Assembly: GCA_013239625.1 (NCBI GenBank)
Contig: MU053934.1
Span: 8,143,352-8,207,351, forward strand
Reading direction: 5' to 3'
DNA: 64,000 bases
Source of the DNA: Lama guanicoe
Lineage: Eukaryota
Below the pieces are notes generated by a model. It was not told where the DNA came from and did no database searches. It saw only the letters and a list, made by a program, of their open reading frames with translations. The position numbers and the translations under genes are program-made. Shown piece after piece: positions 34,861-46,809 of this stretch (the stretch's first letter is position 1; the number at the start of each line of letters is the position of its first letter).

Positions 34861-35639
34861 CACCTGTAAAAACTGAGCTGAAAGTCCTTCCCTTCGTGGG
34901 TCCTGGTGGGGATGCCATGAAAGAGGTCAGGGCCCCGGCACAGTTGGAGCTCAGGGCCAGGCACTAAAAGCTATCTCCTCAGGTGAACCCTGCCTGGGTT
35001 TTGTGTTTTCCCTGCCCTCAGGCTCTACTTGCTGGGACCCACAACACCCAGCATGTCAGAGGCACTAGGTAAATATTTGCTGGCTGAGCCACCGACACTG
35101 ACCTCTTACCCGCCCTGGGGTGAGGCAGATCCAGACCCGCCACCCTGACTTAAGCCCCCCAGTTCAAGTCACCTTGACTCTCCAAGACACCAGCGTTAAA
35201 GCTGAGTTCACCTCTGGATTCACTGCTCTGACCTTGGGCTGGTTCCCTCAGCCCCTGGGTAGTGGATTCACCAGCTCAGCTGAAAACACAGAGGCAAATG
35301 AAGGACCTCCGGCTCCAGAACCTCTCTCCCTTCCCGGTGCCATCTGGAATGAGGGGCAGCACCATGACATCGCGGGGAGTCCGAGGCTCCATCCCATGGG
35401 TCATTTAGCAGCTGTGTGGTCTTGGGCAAGTCACCGCCCTTCCCAGAGTGCGAGTTTCCTTACCTGTAAAATGGGAATGATCGTCCCTGCTTAGCTTGGT
35501 CCCCAGAATAAGAATCGTAAAGATGAACTGAAACAACGACGAGCAGAGCTTTGAAGAGTGCTGCTGGCTGAATAACGGCCAGGGCTAATATTTGCAGGAC
35601 CCTTACTTACCTCTCGAGTCGCCGTGGTCGAGACAGCCG

Positions 35640-36000
35640 GGCTGCTCGCCAAGCCCACTTCCTCTTCCTGTGGGCGCGCAGCTAGACCACATTTCCCAGC
35701 GTCCCCTCGCAATTTGCGTTGCTGAGTCCTCGTCAATGAGATGTGAATAAAGGAAGACACAACGCTGCCGGTCACCTGCATCGCCTCGCTGCCCCGTGAT
35801 GCCCGGGCGATGCCAGCTGACGCCGTCAGGTGTGATGCTGGGGGAGCCACGTGCTGAAGACAGTGAGGCCACAGGTGGAATGGCCCTGGGAGGAGAGCCG
35901 CCTGCCAGTCCGGAACACCTGCTTGGAGCTGCAGTCGAGCTGGGAGTGTCTGAGCTCTCATCTGTTTGGTGGAGGTTACAGCAGCTGGTGGCACGTTGAC
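35640..36000. mobile_element. ERVL LTR16-like remnant
   Basis: cacttcctcttcctg...agctagaccacatttcccagc...caatgagatgtgaa. Confidence 0.55.
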
Positions 36001-37425
36001 TCTGCTGTTCAGCCTGTATATTTTGTTTCAATTATATAGTTTTTGTTGTTGTTTCTAGAGGGTTTTTTTCTCTTCCTTTTCAACATTCCTTGGCCATTTT
36101 CTAGTCTCTTGTTCCTTATTCATATTTTTGATTGCTTCTTTGAATTCTTCCTATATACAGCTGTCTTTATTTTATGTTCTTGTCTGAGGATCTGATGCCC
36201 GAGGCCTGCCTCTGCCGCCGGACTCTGCTGTTCTTCGTCCGGACTCTCGCTCATGGTGCTTCTTCCTGTGTGCCTTCTGTGAGCTCGGCCTGCGGTCCTG
36301 TCTCCTTGGTCACTGGCAATTCTTTGGGGCCTACGTCAAAAATGGGAACCTCCAGAGAGAATTCACGTCTGCTTCAGCCGGACACCGAGGGTCGCTCGAG
36401 CTGCCTCCTTTTAAATAAAAGTCTTAGCCTGAGACTTGCGGGCTGCAGGGCTGGTGTAAATCCTACACCGGGGCTGGCTGGTGGCTGTGACTTCAGGGAG
36501 CTTTTCCCCCTTTTCCGTCAGTTCCAAGATTGATGCCGGCAGTGGTCCTGCTTTTCCTGTCTTCAGGTTTTTCCCTATTGATTTACTCCGACAGTGAAAG
36601 GACAGCCCTTTGGAAGCCCACTGTTACGTGAGGCTCCCTGTCTGACCCACACTGGGCAGCCCAGGCTTCCCTCCGCGCCCAGAGCCACATGTGGCTGTGA
36701 CAAAGGGAGCTCAGGTGACCGGCCTTGGAGAACGCCCTGGGGCAGCGCCAGCTGCGGCAGCCGCTCACCTCTGGGGACTTCCAATTTCATTCTCAGTTTT
36801 CTGGCCTGTGAGGATTTTCCTTGTTCTTGTTTGTTCAGTGTGATGCATTTTAATACATATATTATGTATGTATAAATGCGTGAATATAAAGCAGCTCCTG
36901 ATCCAGGCAGATGGTGGGGAATGGTCAGCGTGTACCCAGAGATAACCCTCCCGGTCACAGCAGCACGTGCCACCAATGAAGGGCACAAGTTAGCGCTCAG
37001 TGTGCAGGGGACGTGGAATCTCCTCGAACACCTGGCTGTTCTGGGGGAGAAGCCCTGTCCGGGGGACAGCGTGGGCCAAGGCAGCCGTTCTGGAGGGGAG
37101 GAGTTGGCCTGAGGTCCCAGGCCGAAGGAGGCAGGAGACTGGTGCGGAGGAACCAACAGCCTCAGGCGGAGGAAGGCCCCACGTGCTCGCCTGTGGGAGG
37201 CAGAGGCCCCCAGGTGTCCCTGGCCAGGAGGCACGAGGCAGATTCTGTGCTGGTATCAGGCAGAACTTCTAAAGGCAAGGCAGGGCAGGATGGCAGGGGC
37301 TTCCTGAGAGGTGTGAGCAGAAGGAGGGCACCCACCTTCTGGGGGGTCTGCACAAGGTTTCAGCATCCCTGGGTTAGGCAGGAATCAGGTACTCCTAACG
37401 GGCCGGGCGAGCACCCTGGCCCAGG

Positions 37426-38719
37426 TGTCAGAGCAGGCAGACAGCTAGATATGAGCAGAGAGAGGGGGACGCAGGCCGAATGTCAGGAATGGGCAAAGAA
37501 CGGGGGACACAGGCCAAAGGACAGGAAACCCTACATCATGTGAACAACAGGGGTCCTTTGGGCAGAGAAGGAGAAGCAGGAACTTCCAAGCTGAAAAGAA
37601 ATCACGCATTTTGGGGTGACAAGTGGCCTGGAGGCCAACAAAGAAAGGTGGGAAAATGTGAGAAAAGGTGGGGATCCCCCATGTCCGAATGTAACTTTTG
37701 CTCATTATGCCTTCATTTCAATAAAATCAGCCTTGCAGATCAGAAGTACCCGTCAGGCACCGACGCCATGACCCTTCCCATCCAGACTGAATAAGGACAA
37801 AAATCCCTCCTCCCCTCGGGAAGGAGGAGCTGGGAGGAGATCAGGGAATAGGACCCCAAGCCCTTCCCTCCCCGGTGAGTGCTCCACCCATTCATTTTTA
37901 CACCTGTGGAACCAGCTTGCCAAAGAGACTCAGGGCAGCTGCTCCCCTGAGCCTGCCCGCTCTCCCCTTGAGAGTGTACTCTCCAACACTTAATAAATCC
38001 TCACTTTATTTTCTTCTTTTTATTGAAGTACAGTCAGTTACAATGTGTCAATTTCTGGTGTACAGCACAATGTCCCAGTCATGCATATACATGCATATAT
38101 TCATTTTCATATTCTTTTTCATTAAAGGTTATTACAAGATATTGAACATAGTTCCCTGTGCTCTACAGAAGAAATTTGTTTTTTTAATCTATTTTTATAT
38201 ATAGTGGTTAGTATTTACAAATCTCAAGCTCCCAAATTTATCCTTTCCCACTCCCTTTCCCCCTGGTAACCGTAAGATTTTTTACTATGTCTGTGAGCAC
38301 CATTATGGAAAACAGTATGGAGATTCCTCAAAAAACTAAAAATAGACTTACCATATGATCCAGCAATCCTACTCCTGGGTGTACATCCGGAGGAAAGTCA
38401 AATTCAAAAGGATACATGCACCCCAGTGTTCACAGAAGCACTATATGCAACAGCCAAGACGTCAGCCTAAATGTCCATAGACAGATGACTGGGTAAAGAA
38501 GTTGTGGTGTATTTAAACAATAGAATGCTACTCAGTCACACACAGAAATAAAACAATGTCGTTTGCAGCAACATGGATGGGCCTGAAGATTGTCATTCTA
38601 AGTGAAGTAAGCCAGAAAGAGAAAGAAAATACCATATGATCTCACTTTACTTTCTTGACCTCCGCGTCTCGTCTCTGAATTCTTTCTGCAACGAGACAAG
38701 AGCCTAATCATTGGCGACA
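37426..38719 (+). mobile_element. ERV1-type solo LTR (MER50-like start), ~653 bp net, interrupted by L1
   Basis: TGTC...GACA termini; 4-bp TSD cagg at 37422-37425 and 38720-38723; AATAAA 37992-37997. Confidence 0.8.
38016..38640 (-). mobile_element. Young 5'-truncated L1 with 5' inversion
   Basis: Antisense L1 3' end 38016-38297 fused to a sense L1 segment 38298-38640; 16-bp TSD ctcactttattttctt / ctcactttactttctt. Confidence 0.9.
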
Positions 38720-38959
38720 CAGGTGCCTTGTTCAGACTACCTGGGCCCAGGGCTCAATTGCTTTGTCTTATCTGCCCTGGTTGTCAAAATCTGGGCAGTG
38801 GTGGTCAGCACGGCCCACCAGCCAGGGCCCCTCCACCACTCAGGGCCCACAGGGACAGGCAGCGCATCATGGGTAAGTGACCACAGTAGGACCCGGAACC
38901 CTTGGGTTGTATATTACACACCAGGCACATGTTCTTGCTGCTCAGACCTTACCTGTGCG

Positions 38960-39145
38960 TAACTCACCTGGGCGTTAATGCAGATGCTGCATTGCTGACA
39001 AGCTCCCGGTGATCCCGTTGGATTCGCCTGGTCCTGGGTCCCCCCGACGATGTTCTCAGTCCCTGGTCCAGGTGCAGTTTAGACACTGGGAGTTCTGGAG
39101 TCTGCCCAGGTGATTCCAACATGCAGCTGAGTTTCAGAACCAGAA
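38960..39145. mobile_element. MER5-like hAT-Charlie fragments
   Basis: tgacaagctcccggtgat; cccaggtgattccaacatgcagctgagtttcagaacca. Confidence 0.55.
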
Positions 39146-40894
39146 CTCCAGGTCACAAAGAAGCGGAAACTCACGGACCTTCCTGGTTCATCCACCATTT
39201 CGACAGGGAGATGGGTTTGAGGAAACATCTGTCTTCTCTCACAGGCGATGCTAAGCAGGGACTGACTGGCCAAAGACAGGAAGCCAGTGAGAAGTGGAGA
39301 AGCAGAGAAGGACCCCCCGGCCTTGGATGGCCGCTGCCGGGCAGGATAGCAGGATGGCCGGGATTTACTTCCTTGTTGCACGTTTTAGGTTCCCTGACTC
39401 CTGCCATCTCTGGGCCACAGCAGTCACTTCCCGCTTTGACCTTGAACTCACGCTGCACCTTGACCTGTCTGATGCAGCCTGAGTCCTCACTCTGTGAGCA
39501 CCACGTACGGGGGGATGTGTCTGCCTCCTTGCTGGGCGCCCCCTGCCCGCACAGGTGGGTGTGGGGGTGGTCAGCGAGGACCCGCTGAGAGAGTAACAGG
39601 GACACTGTGGAACAGGTCTTGGGGGCGTACTGGTTATCCCAACCTTCAGTCAAACCCTGCCTCTGCCCTTTTGTTTGCCCATGACCTTGGGGGAGGGGCT
39701 GGAGCTTTCTAAGTCAATGCTTCCTCTTGTAATGGGAGGGGATACTATTAATAACAACTTCCTCCCTTCCAGTTTCTGTGGCTGCCTGGAAACCTCGCCA
39801 TTTCTTATGCTCCTGGGTTCTATGGGTGAGGAATTAAGCTCAGCTCTGCTCCCAGGGTCTGAGGCCTCAGAGGAAGGCTTGGGAGGCTGGGGTGGCCGGA
39901 ATCACTCCCTCACCTGTCTGGTCCAGGCTGGGCTCAGCTGGCGCTGCTGATGGACCATGTCCCTGGATGTTCTCTGTGCCTTGGGCTTCTCATGGCAGGA
40001 GAGTGGGGCTCTGAGTGTCCCAAGAGGAAGCTGGTGGCCTTTGGTGACCCAGACTGGAAGTCACATGCAGGACTCCACGGTGCTCGGTGGCTGACACCAT
40101 CTCACGCTGCTCATGAACTTGTCCACCGAGTCTGAGATGCGTGTGAAGCAGGCACTGCTTATGTGAGACCAGAGCTGGGGATCCTGGAGGAGATGGGGAC
40201 TTGGAGAGTAGATGGGACTGTCGAGAGTTCTGGCCCAAAATGGACCAAGCTGGTGAGCCCTGCAGGACAGGATGGCAGTGACCCGTGCCTCCAGCCTCCC
40301 GCCAGGATGTGTGGTTTGACAAAGGATGTCCCCCTTTGATTTGTGAGTGTTTTTTTAGGAAAAATCTTCAGCAAGTGTAAAATCCTTTAAACACACTTAG
40401 CTACACATTTTCCAGGCTGCCTCTGTTGATAAGAATAAAATTACATACAGAAAACACCAGCTTCAGGCAAAAACACCCCCAGTTGGCACGTGCTGTTTTG
40501 GTCACTTGCTGTGGAGATTGCAGGTGCCTGGAGGGGTCTGTATTTAGTGGTAGCTCCCTGAGCTCCTACAACTTGCCAGCTCCTAGCTGCGTGCGTGCCT
40601 CGCAAGTATCATTTTGAATCCTTGTGATAACCTGAAATGGGGGTTGGGCAGGCACTTGTTTGGTAGGAGCCCAGAGAGGGTGGTAACTTGCCCTGGGCCA
40701 CACAGCATAACTGAGCCAGAAGGCTCAAGTGTGACACCCCAGGGTGGGACTCGGGGGCTGTGACCAGATTCTTGCGGAGTTAATGGGAAGAGAAAGCACA
40801 GGGTGAGGGCTGCTCTGCCCTCCCTGGGCCAGCCCCTCATCTACGCATTCCACACTATTCATGGGCTCTTGTCTCCTGAGCGGCTGGCAGACTT

Positions 40895-41350
40895 TGTGGG
40901 AGTTCCCTTGGGCTGCTGTTCGAGCCACCACACACTGGGCGCTTAACACAGCTGAAACTCACTGTCTCACAGTCTGGAGGCTGGAGGCTGAGATCAGGGT
41001 GCAGGCAGGGCTGGTTCCTTCTGGAAGCTTTGAGGGGGACTCCATCCCATGATTCTCTCCCAGCTTCTGGGGGCTCCCGGCAACCCTCGGTGTCACGTGG
41101 TTTGTGACTGCACCACTCCAGCTCTGCCTCGGCTGTTACAGGGGCTCCCCCTCGGGGTCCCTTCTGTGTCTGGGCCTCAGATCTCTCTCTTTTCTCTTTT
41201 AAGGACGCCAGCCATTGGGTTGGGGCTCACCCTACTTCCAGGTTGATGTCTCATAATCACAAAGACCCTGTTTCCGATTCAGGGCTCACTCATAGGTGCT
41301 GGGATTCAAGATGTGGGCATACTTTTGGGGACTCTCTTCAGCCCACTACC
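40895..41350 (-). mobile_element. MaLR LTR (MLT1C/D-like)
   Basis: ctcacagtctggaggctggaggctgagatcagggtgcaggcagggctggttccttctgga...ttcagcccactac. Confidence 0.8.
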
Positions 41351-43539
41351 ATCTTGGGAAAGGCCCAGGAAGGAGGAGATTGGCCTTCTTCAGGCCTCTG
41401 AGGGGCTGTCCCTGGGCAGGGGAAATAGTCACGTGGGCCTGGAGGGCAGGGCTGGGGCAGGGATGAGGCAGAGGAGGTGGACTTGGGTTTAGTGCCAGGA
41501 GGCGCTGCAACACAGTCCAATAAACAGAATAAGTCCGGGGCCTCCAGGACTGGCAGGACGGAGGTTCCCCTGGCGTGGGGAGCAGCCAGACCCTCCACTC
41601 TGAGCCCACCTCCCGCTCCCTCCCAGCACCACTCAGAGCAAGGTGGAGGCCACAGTGGGTGGGGGTGGGGACAGCGGGGAGGTGGTCTGACGGGGAGGGC
41701 ATTGCCTGGGGGTAGCACATACCCATCTAGCCCCCTCCAGGCTCGAGAAGGAGGAACAGCTCCCGGGATGGACCCTCTCCCAGTGAGGACATGGAGGATG
41801 GCTACCTTCCTTGGGGGTGGTCCCTCCCGTCCTCAGAGGGCAGCTGGATCCCCAAGCTACATCCCTCTGTCCACAGAGCTTCCTACCAGGTATCTGCACA
41901 CGCACCTCCTTCTGGACCCCGTTCTCAGCTTAGCTACCTCGGCTCCTGGTCACTAAAGTGGAGCAGCCCCGCTGCCAATCCCTTATCTGCCCAGAGTCTC
42001 TGCGTTTGTCACTAGTCACACCGCCCTCTGGTCTCTGCCTTGCTCAGCCCTGGCAGGTACCTCCTCCCTCCCTTCCTTCTGCTGTCTGTGCAGGTTCCTG
42101 TTTGTCTCTCAACTAAGGGCAGGGCCCCTTGGTCTTATTCACTTCACTCTGTGTCTAGAACAGTGCTCAGCCCATGAAAGGAATTCAAAAAAAGAAGTTT
42201 TGCAAAGGAAAACAAAATCTAACATTCTGTACCCTCTAACAGTGGAATGAACTGCTTGGCAGTAGTGAACTCCCTGTCATTGGTGGTATTCAAGCAGTAA
42301 TTGGATGAGCCCTTGTCAGGGTGGTGGGAAGGCAAAGCAGGAGGCAGAGCTCAAGCTGAGGGCAACTGCAGCTCCCGCCCCAGGGGCTCTGACCTTCCAG
42401 TGCCCCCCACATCCTGCTGTGAGATGCTGGCGACACTCGTCCCCCCTCTGGCCCGTCTCTCCACAGTTCCCGAAACAAGAGGTGGCAGCATCTATTTGGT
42501 TGAACCACCCAGATGGAAAAGGAAAGACCAATATTTATTCATTACCATATTCAGAAATTAGACTGGGAGCCACAAATAGACTTTTCTAACGAGAGCCCGT
42601 CTGGCCCTGCCTCTCGGGCTCCATCGCAGATTCCACTTCATGTCACGTCTTGCCGCCTCCCGCACTGGGGTTTGGCTCGAATACATTTGCCAGCCACTTG
42701 GTTATTTTCCAAGGCGATTAATGGGAAGGTGGGGCTCCGAGTGTAAGCAGGATGGTCTTTTAAAAGGACATGAGCTGCTCCCGACAGGGACCCGTCTGAG
42801 CGCTGAGCCTCTGGGAGTGGGCGGGCAGGGCCGGGAGGAGCGGGGGCCGATGAAGTGAGGCTGGGGTGCCGATGGCTGGTAAGACCCATCACGGTTGAGG
42901 CTGCACGGGCCGGGCCAGGTCTGTTCAGTGCCCGCCTCGCTCTTGGCCCCTGCCCATCAGTGCGGGGCTCAGGAGGGGTGCTTAGCCAGAGTTTTCCCGA
43001 CTGTTAGCGCCAGCATTCACGCCCCAGCTATTTCTCCCACCTTCAAAGAAGTCTTCCTCTCCCACTTCTTCTGGCCTCCCCTGCTTTCTCCTTCCCCTTC
43101 TCGATAGCAAAGCTCCTTGAAAAAGCAAAACTCCTCTCCATCTTTCTTCAGTCCCCCCAGTCCCCTCCAAACATGGTTTTCACACCACGGATTCCCAGAA
43201 GTTCCTAGAAATGAAGTCAGCACCCCCACCCCGAAAGCTAAAATTCAATGTTGGGGGTCAGACCTCAGCATCCTGACCCACCAGCTGCATCCGACTCTGC
43301 CGATAGGGCCCTCTGTCCTGGCTGCCCTCCCCGCCTGGCTTCCAGGACCCTGTGTGCCCTCCTGCAGTGCCTCCTCACTCCTTTGCTGGTCCTTTCTGTC
43401 TCCTTGACCTTGAACATGTTCTGTGTTCAGTCCTTGGACTGTCTCCTTTTATTAACCTCTTGTTGCCTCATCCTGCCCCATCCTGCCTGGTGGCTTTAAA
43501 ACCCGAGATGACAGTGTCTCCCACGTTACACCTCCAGTC

Positions 43540-43985
43540 CTATTGGATCTATTGGATCTCTCATAGGTTTCCAGCTGCCTCCGTGACAGTTTCACTCAGA
43601 GGTCAAAGCCACCTCTTCTGAAGCTCAACACATCCACCACTGAACGTCCGATCTCTTCCCAGCCTCCTTGTCAGCTGGTATGAGCCTGGTCCTTCAGCTG
43701 CTCAGGCTAAGAGCCTTGCGTTCATCTGTGGTGACCCCTTTCTCTCACACCCCACTTTCCAATCTGTCAGGAAATCATTTTGGCCCTACCTCCCAAATGC
43801 ATCCAGGGTCTGACCACTTCTCACCACCCCCACTGCTTCCCTCCTGATGTGAGCCACCTTCATCCGTGCCCCCCTACAGTCTGTTCTCAGCAAAGCTGTC
43901 GGATTAATCCTTTAAAAAACATTAAGCCGGAGCACGCCGCTCTTTGGCTCAAAATTTTGCAAGGACTTCCCGTGCCTCCTCTAAC
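43540..43985. mobile_element. L2 fragment
   Basis: ctcacaccccactttccaatctgtcaggaaatcattttggccctacctcccaaat; ctttggctcaaaattttgcaa. Confidence 0.7.
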
Positions 43986-44004
43986 AAACATCACATCCTC
44001 CGCT

Positions 44005-44330
44005 CGCCCTCACTCGCTCCTTCTTGGTGCCCAGTCGCCCTGCTGTGAGGGAGCCCAAGCGGCCGCGCGCAGAGGCCCCCGTGGAGCAGAACCGAGCTCC
44101 CCGCCTCGCAGCCCCAGCTGAGCCCCCGGCTCAGAGCCGGCCCCCCCGCCCCCCGCCAGTCCCGCGACGGACGTCTGCCGATGGCCCACCACCCCAGCGC
44201 CCAAGCCGACACCCCTCGGAGCAGGAGACCCACACGCTCAACCCCCAGGACGGTCCTAGTAAACGCTTGTCGGTATTTTCGGCTACTAACTTTCGGGGTG
44301 ATTTGTTATACAACAATAAATGGCCTAAAT
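44005..44330 (+). mobile_element. MaLR LTR 3' part (MLT1F-like), GC-rich
   Basis: ctgctgtgagggagcccaagc...; end motif ctactaactttcggggtgatttgttatacaacaata. Confidence 0.6.
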
Positions 44331-44796
44331 AGCTGTCCAGCTGAAGGCTGTGAAATGTGTTTGAGTGGCATGAGCACGTACGGGCGTATATTAGACACGA
44401 ACGCCGAAATGTGTTAGCATACGCGTGGTTTGTTTTCTCGGCCGTCTTTGGGTTCTATTTTCCTGTTTTGCTTGGCCCCCTTTTCTCCTTCCCACACTTC
44501 CCGCTCCGTGTCCCCAAATCACGCTGCCTTTTTCTTCTGAATACTCAGGGCAGCATTTATTAGGAGGTGCACACACGTATAGAGACGTGTTGTGGTTTGG
44601 CGGGGCGGCGGGGAAGGACGGCTTTCTGTTACCAAAATATGGTCAATGTTATATTCTCTAGTCTATAATCTGCTCTTTCTTATTCGACAACGCTTTGGGA
44701 AAATCCCTCTAAATCCGCTGTAGAACTCCAATTCATTCTGTTAAACAATTGCATAAAAATTCCACTGTGTGGCTGCTGGATGCAGTCAGCCATCCC

Positions 44797-45790
44797 CGGG
44801 GTGTCCTGGAGCCCACATGTACTGGCTCGTGAAAGCCGATTGGAGGTTTCAGGAATTTTCTAAGCCAGTTATTAAATGCAGCTGGCAAAAAAAAATTAAA
44901 TTCTATAAACTTATAATTAAATACATACATTATACTAAAAACACAGGTAATAGGGGAGGAGGGTACAGCTCAGTGGTAGGGAACATGCTTCGCATGCACA
45001 AGGTGCTGGGTTCAGTCCCCAGTGCCTCCTCTAAAAATAATAAATAAAGAAACCTAATTTCCTCCCCCTCCCAAAACATAAATAGAAGCAAAGGTAATTA
45101 ATACTCCGAACTAATCACTTCCTCCTTATTTTACTATTATTGATGCTCCAGGTGATTTACATCTATTGCAAAATACAACACGATGCTGGCTTCGGTGCAT
45201 CCTTTCCCAAGCCTGTGATCTGATGTGTCATGTGGGTGGTTTGAAAGCTGGCCGTGGTGAAAATACATGCACCCCAGAAAGTGGTACATGTGATGAGTCA
45301 GGGCTTGACTGACTGTTTTGTTGATTGTCTTGACTTAGGAAGCATTAACATTAATAATGCAAATTCAACTTAAAAATGAGTTCTGTCGGCAGCTGCTGCA
45401 TGGGACCAGCAGGAAAAAAGTGAGGAACCATTCTTCCAGGATTTGAAAACTGTGATTCAATCCAACCAAGAGGGCACTCGGGCCATTGATAAATGAGTGA
45501 AGTTTCAATAAACGTCTTCTTCTTTCCCTTTTCATCTTATTCTTCAACAAAAATGGAACTATTGGTGGACATTCATGTTGGACCCACACTTGTTCATGGC
45601 TTCCAGCTATAGGTTGGCTATAGGTAACAGAGTTTGGCAAAAATCTACAGAAAACATTCTGTGAGAATCAGTTGACTACATAATATTTACAATAAAGGGT
45701 GCTGTATATTTTATTATTATTTGTAAATTTTGTGCCACACATAATTTATGATAATACATTTTGATAAATACAGGCACCGCGCACATATAT
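44797..45790. mobile_element. MER63-like hAT-Blackjack DNA transposon
   Basis: ggtgtcctggagcccacatgtactggctcgtgaaagccgattggaggtttcaggaattttctaagccagttattaaa. Confidence 0.65.
44953..45089 (+). mobile_element. tRNA-derived SINE (camelid Vic-1-like) inserted in the MER63-like element
   Basis: ggggaggagggtacagctcagtggtag...gggttcagtccccagtgcctcc plus A-rich tail; aggtaat repeated on both flanks. Confidence 0.85.
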
Positions 45791-46138
45791 ATGCTTTTTT
45801 TTTTCCTGGAGAGTGGGTTGTTTCTCACTTCGGACGCCGCTAATTCTGTCCCCTTGTTGGTAAGCGTCATTCCATTTCTATTCAACAAGGAATTCCTTCC
45901 CATCCATGCCACGTCCAAGGATGTATGCATTTTTAATGTTAAAAGATATTTTCAGGTTGCTTTCAGCAACCATTATAACAACTCTCATTTCTAGCATCAG
46001 TGCATAGGAGTGCCTTTTCCTGTACAGCTGCTAATGACAGATTTATGGATTAAGTTTTTCGCTCATCTGATGTAAAGCGGTGTCATTATTTCACTTTGCT
46101 CCCCTCCCCCATACATGTGTTAAATTATCACGTATGCT

Positions 46139-46715
46139 TGCTACTGAAACTCAGGTCTGGCTACTCACTGCTCAGAAGCCAATACAGAGAGAGGCACCTG
46201 TTGGTAGAAAGGAAAGTTTGCTTTATTCTGAAGCTGGCAGCCTGGGTGGGGGTGGGGGTGGGGAGGGCAGACTCCTGTCCAAAGGACAGCTCCCATCCCC
46301 GACAATCAGTGGGCGGGACATTTTAAAGGGGAGTCTCGGGGCGCACAGGCGGAGAGAGGACGGTTTGTTCTCCTTGAGGCCAGTTCTCGGACTTGGGGCC
46401 ACTTCCGTCATGGCTGCAGCCTGGTCATCCTGTAGGTAACTTCCTCCACCTGGAGGGGTTCCTGCAAAGCAGCTCAAAGGACGGGGCTCAGAATATGATC
46501 TCTAGCCCTGGGGGAGGAGCTAGAGGCCCTTGACTTTGTTTAATGATTTAACTATTATTGCTGTTCTGCTTGACTATTTCCCTCTGTTTCTGTATTTTCT
46601 TATTTCTCTAATTAAACTTATTCTTTGGTTAAAGCTTTTTACAGACAAGAGGCAGGTGGAGGATGTGGTGGGGGTTGCGTCCGGGGAAGGCCCCACAGGG
46701 TCCTGCTCTGCTTCA
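46139..46715 (-). mobile_element. ERV1-type solo LTR
   Basis: TG...CA ends; near-TSD tgct/tact; minus-strand AATAAA at 46222-46227. Confidence 0.7.
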
Positions 46716-46809
46716 TACTCACGTGTATTTCCGCATTCTAATCTGTTTCCATGCCAACAGCATATTGACCCAATCATAGTGTCTTTATAACACGTTTCCA
46801 TTTGGGGGT

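Noticed and set aside
34621..34918. Poly-Val/Met, Thr/Ile and Gly/Asp ORFs
   Set aside because: Translations of a (CAC/CAT)n repeat
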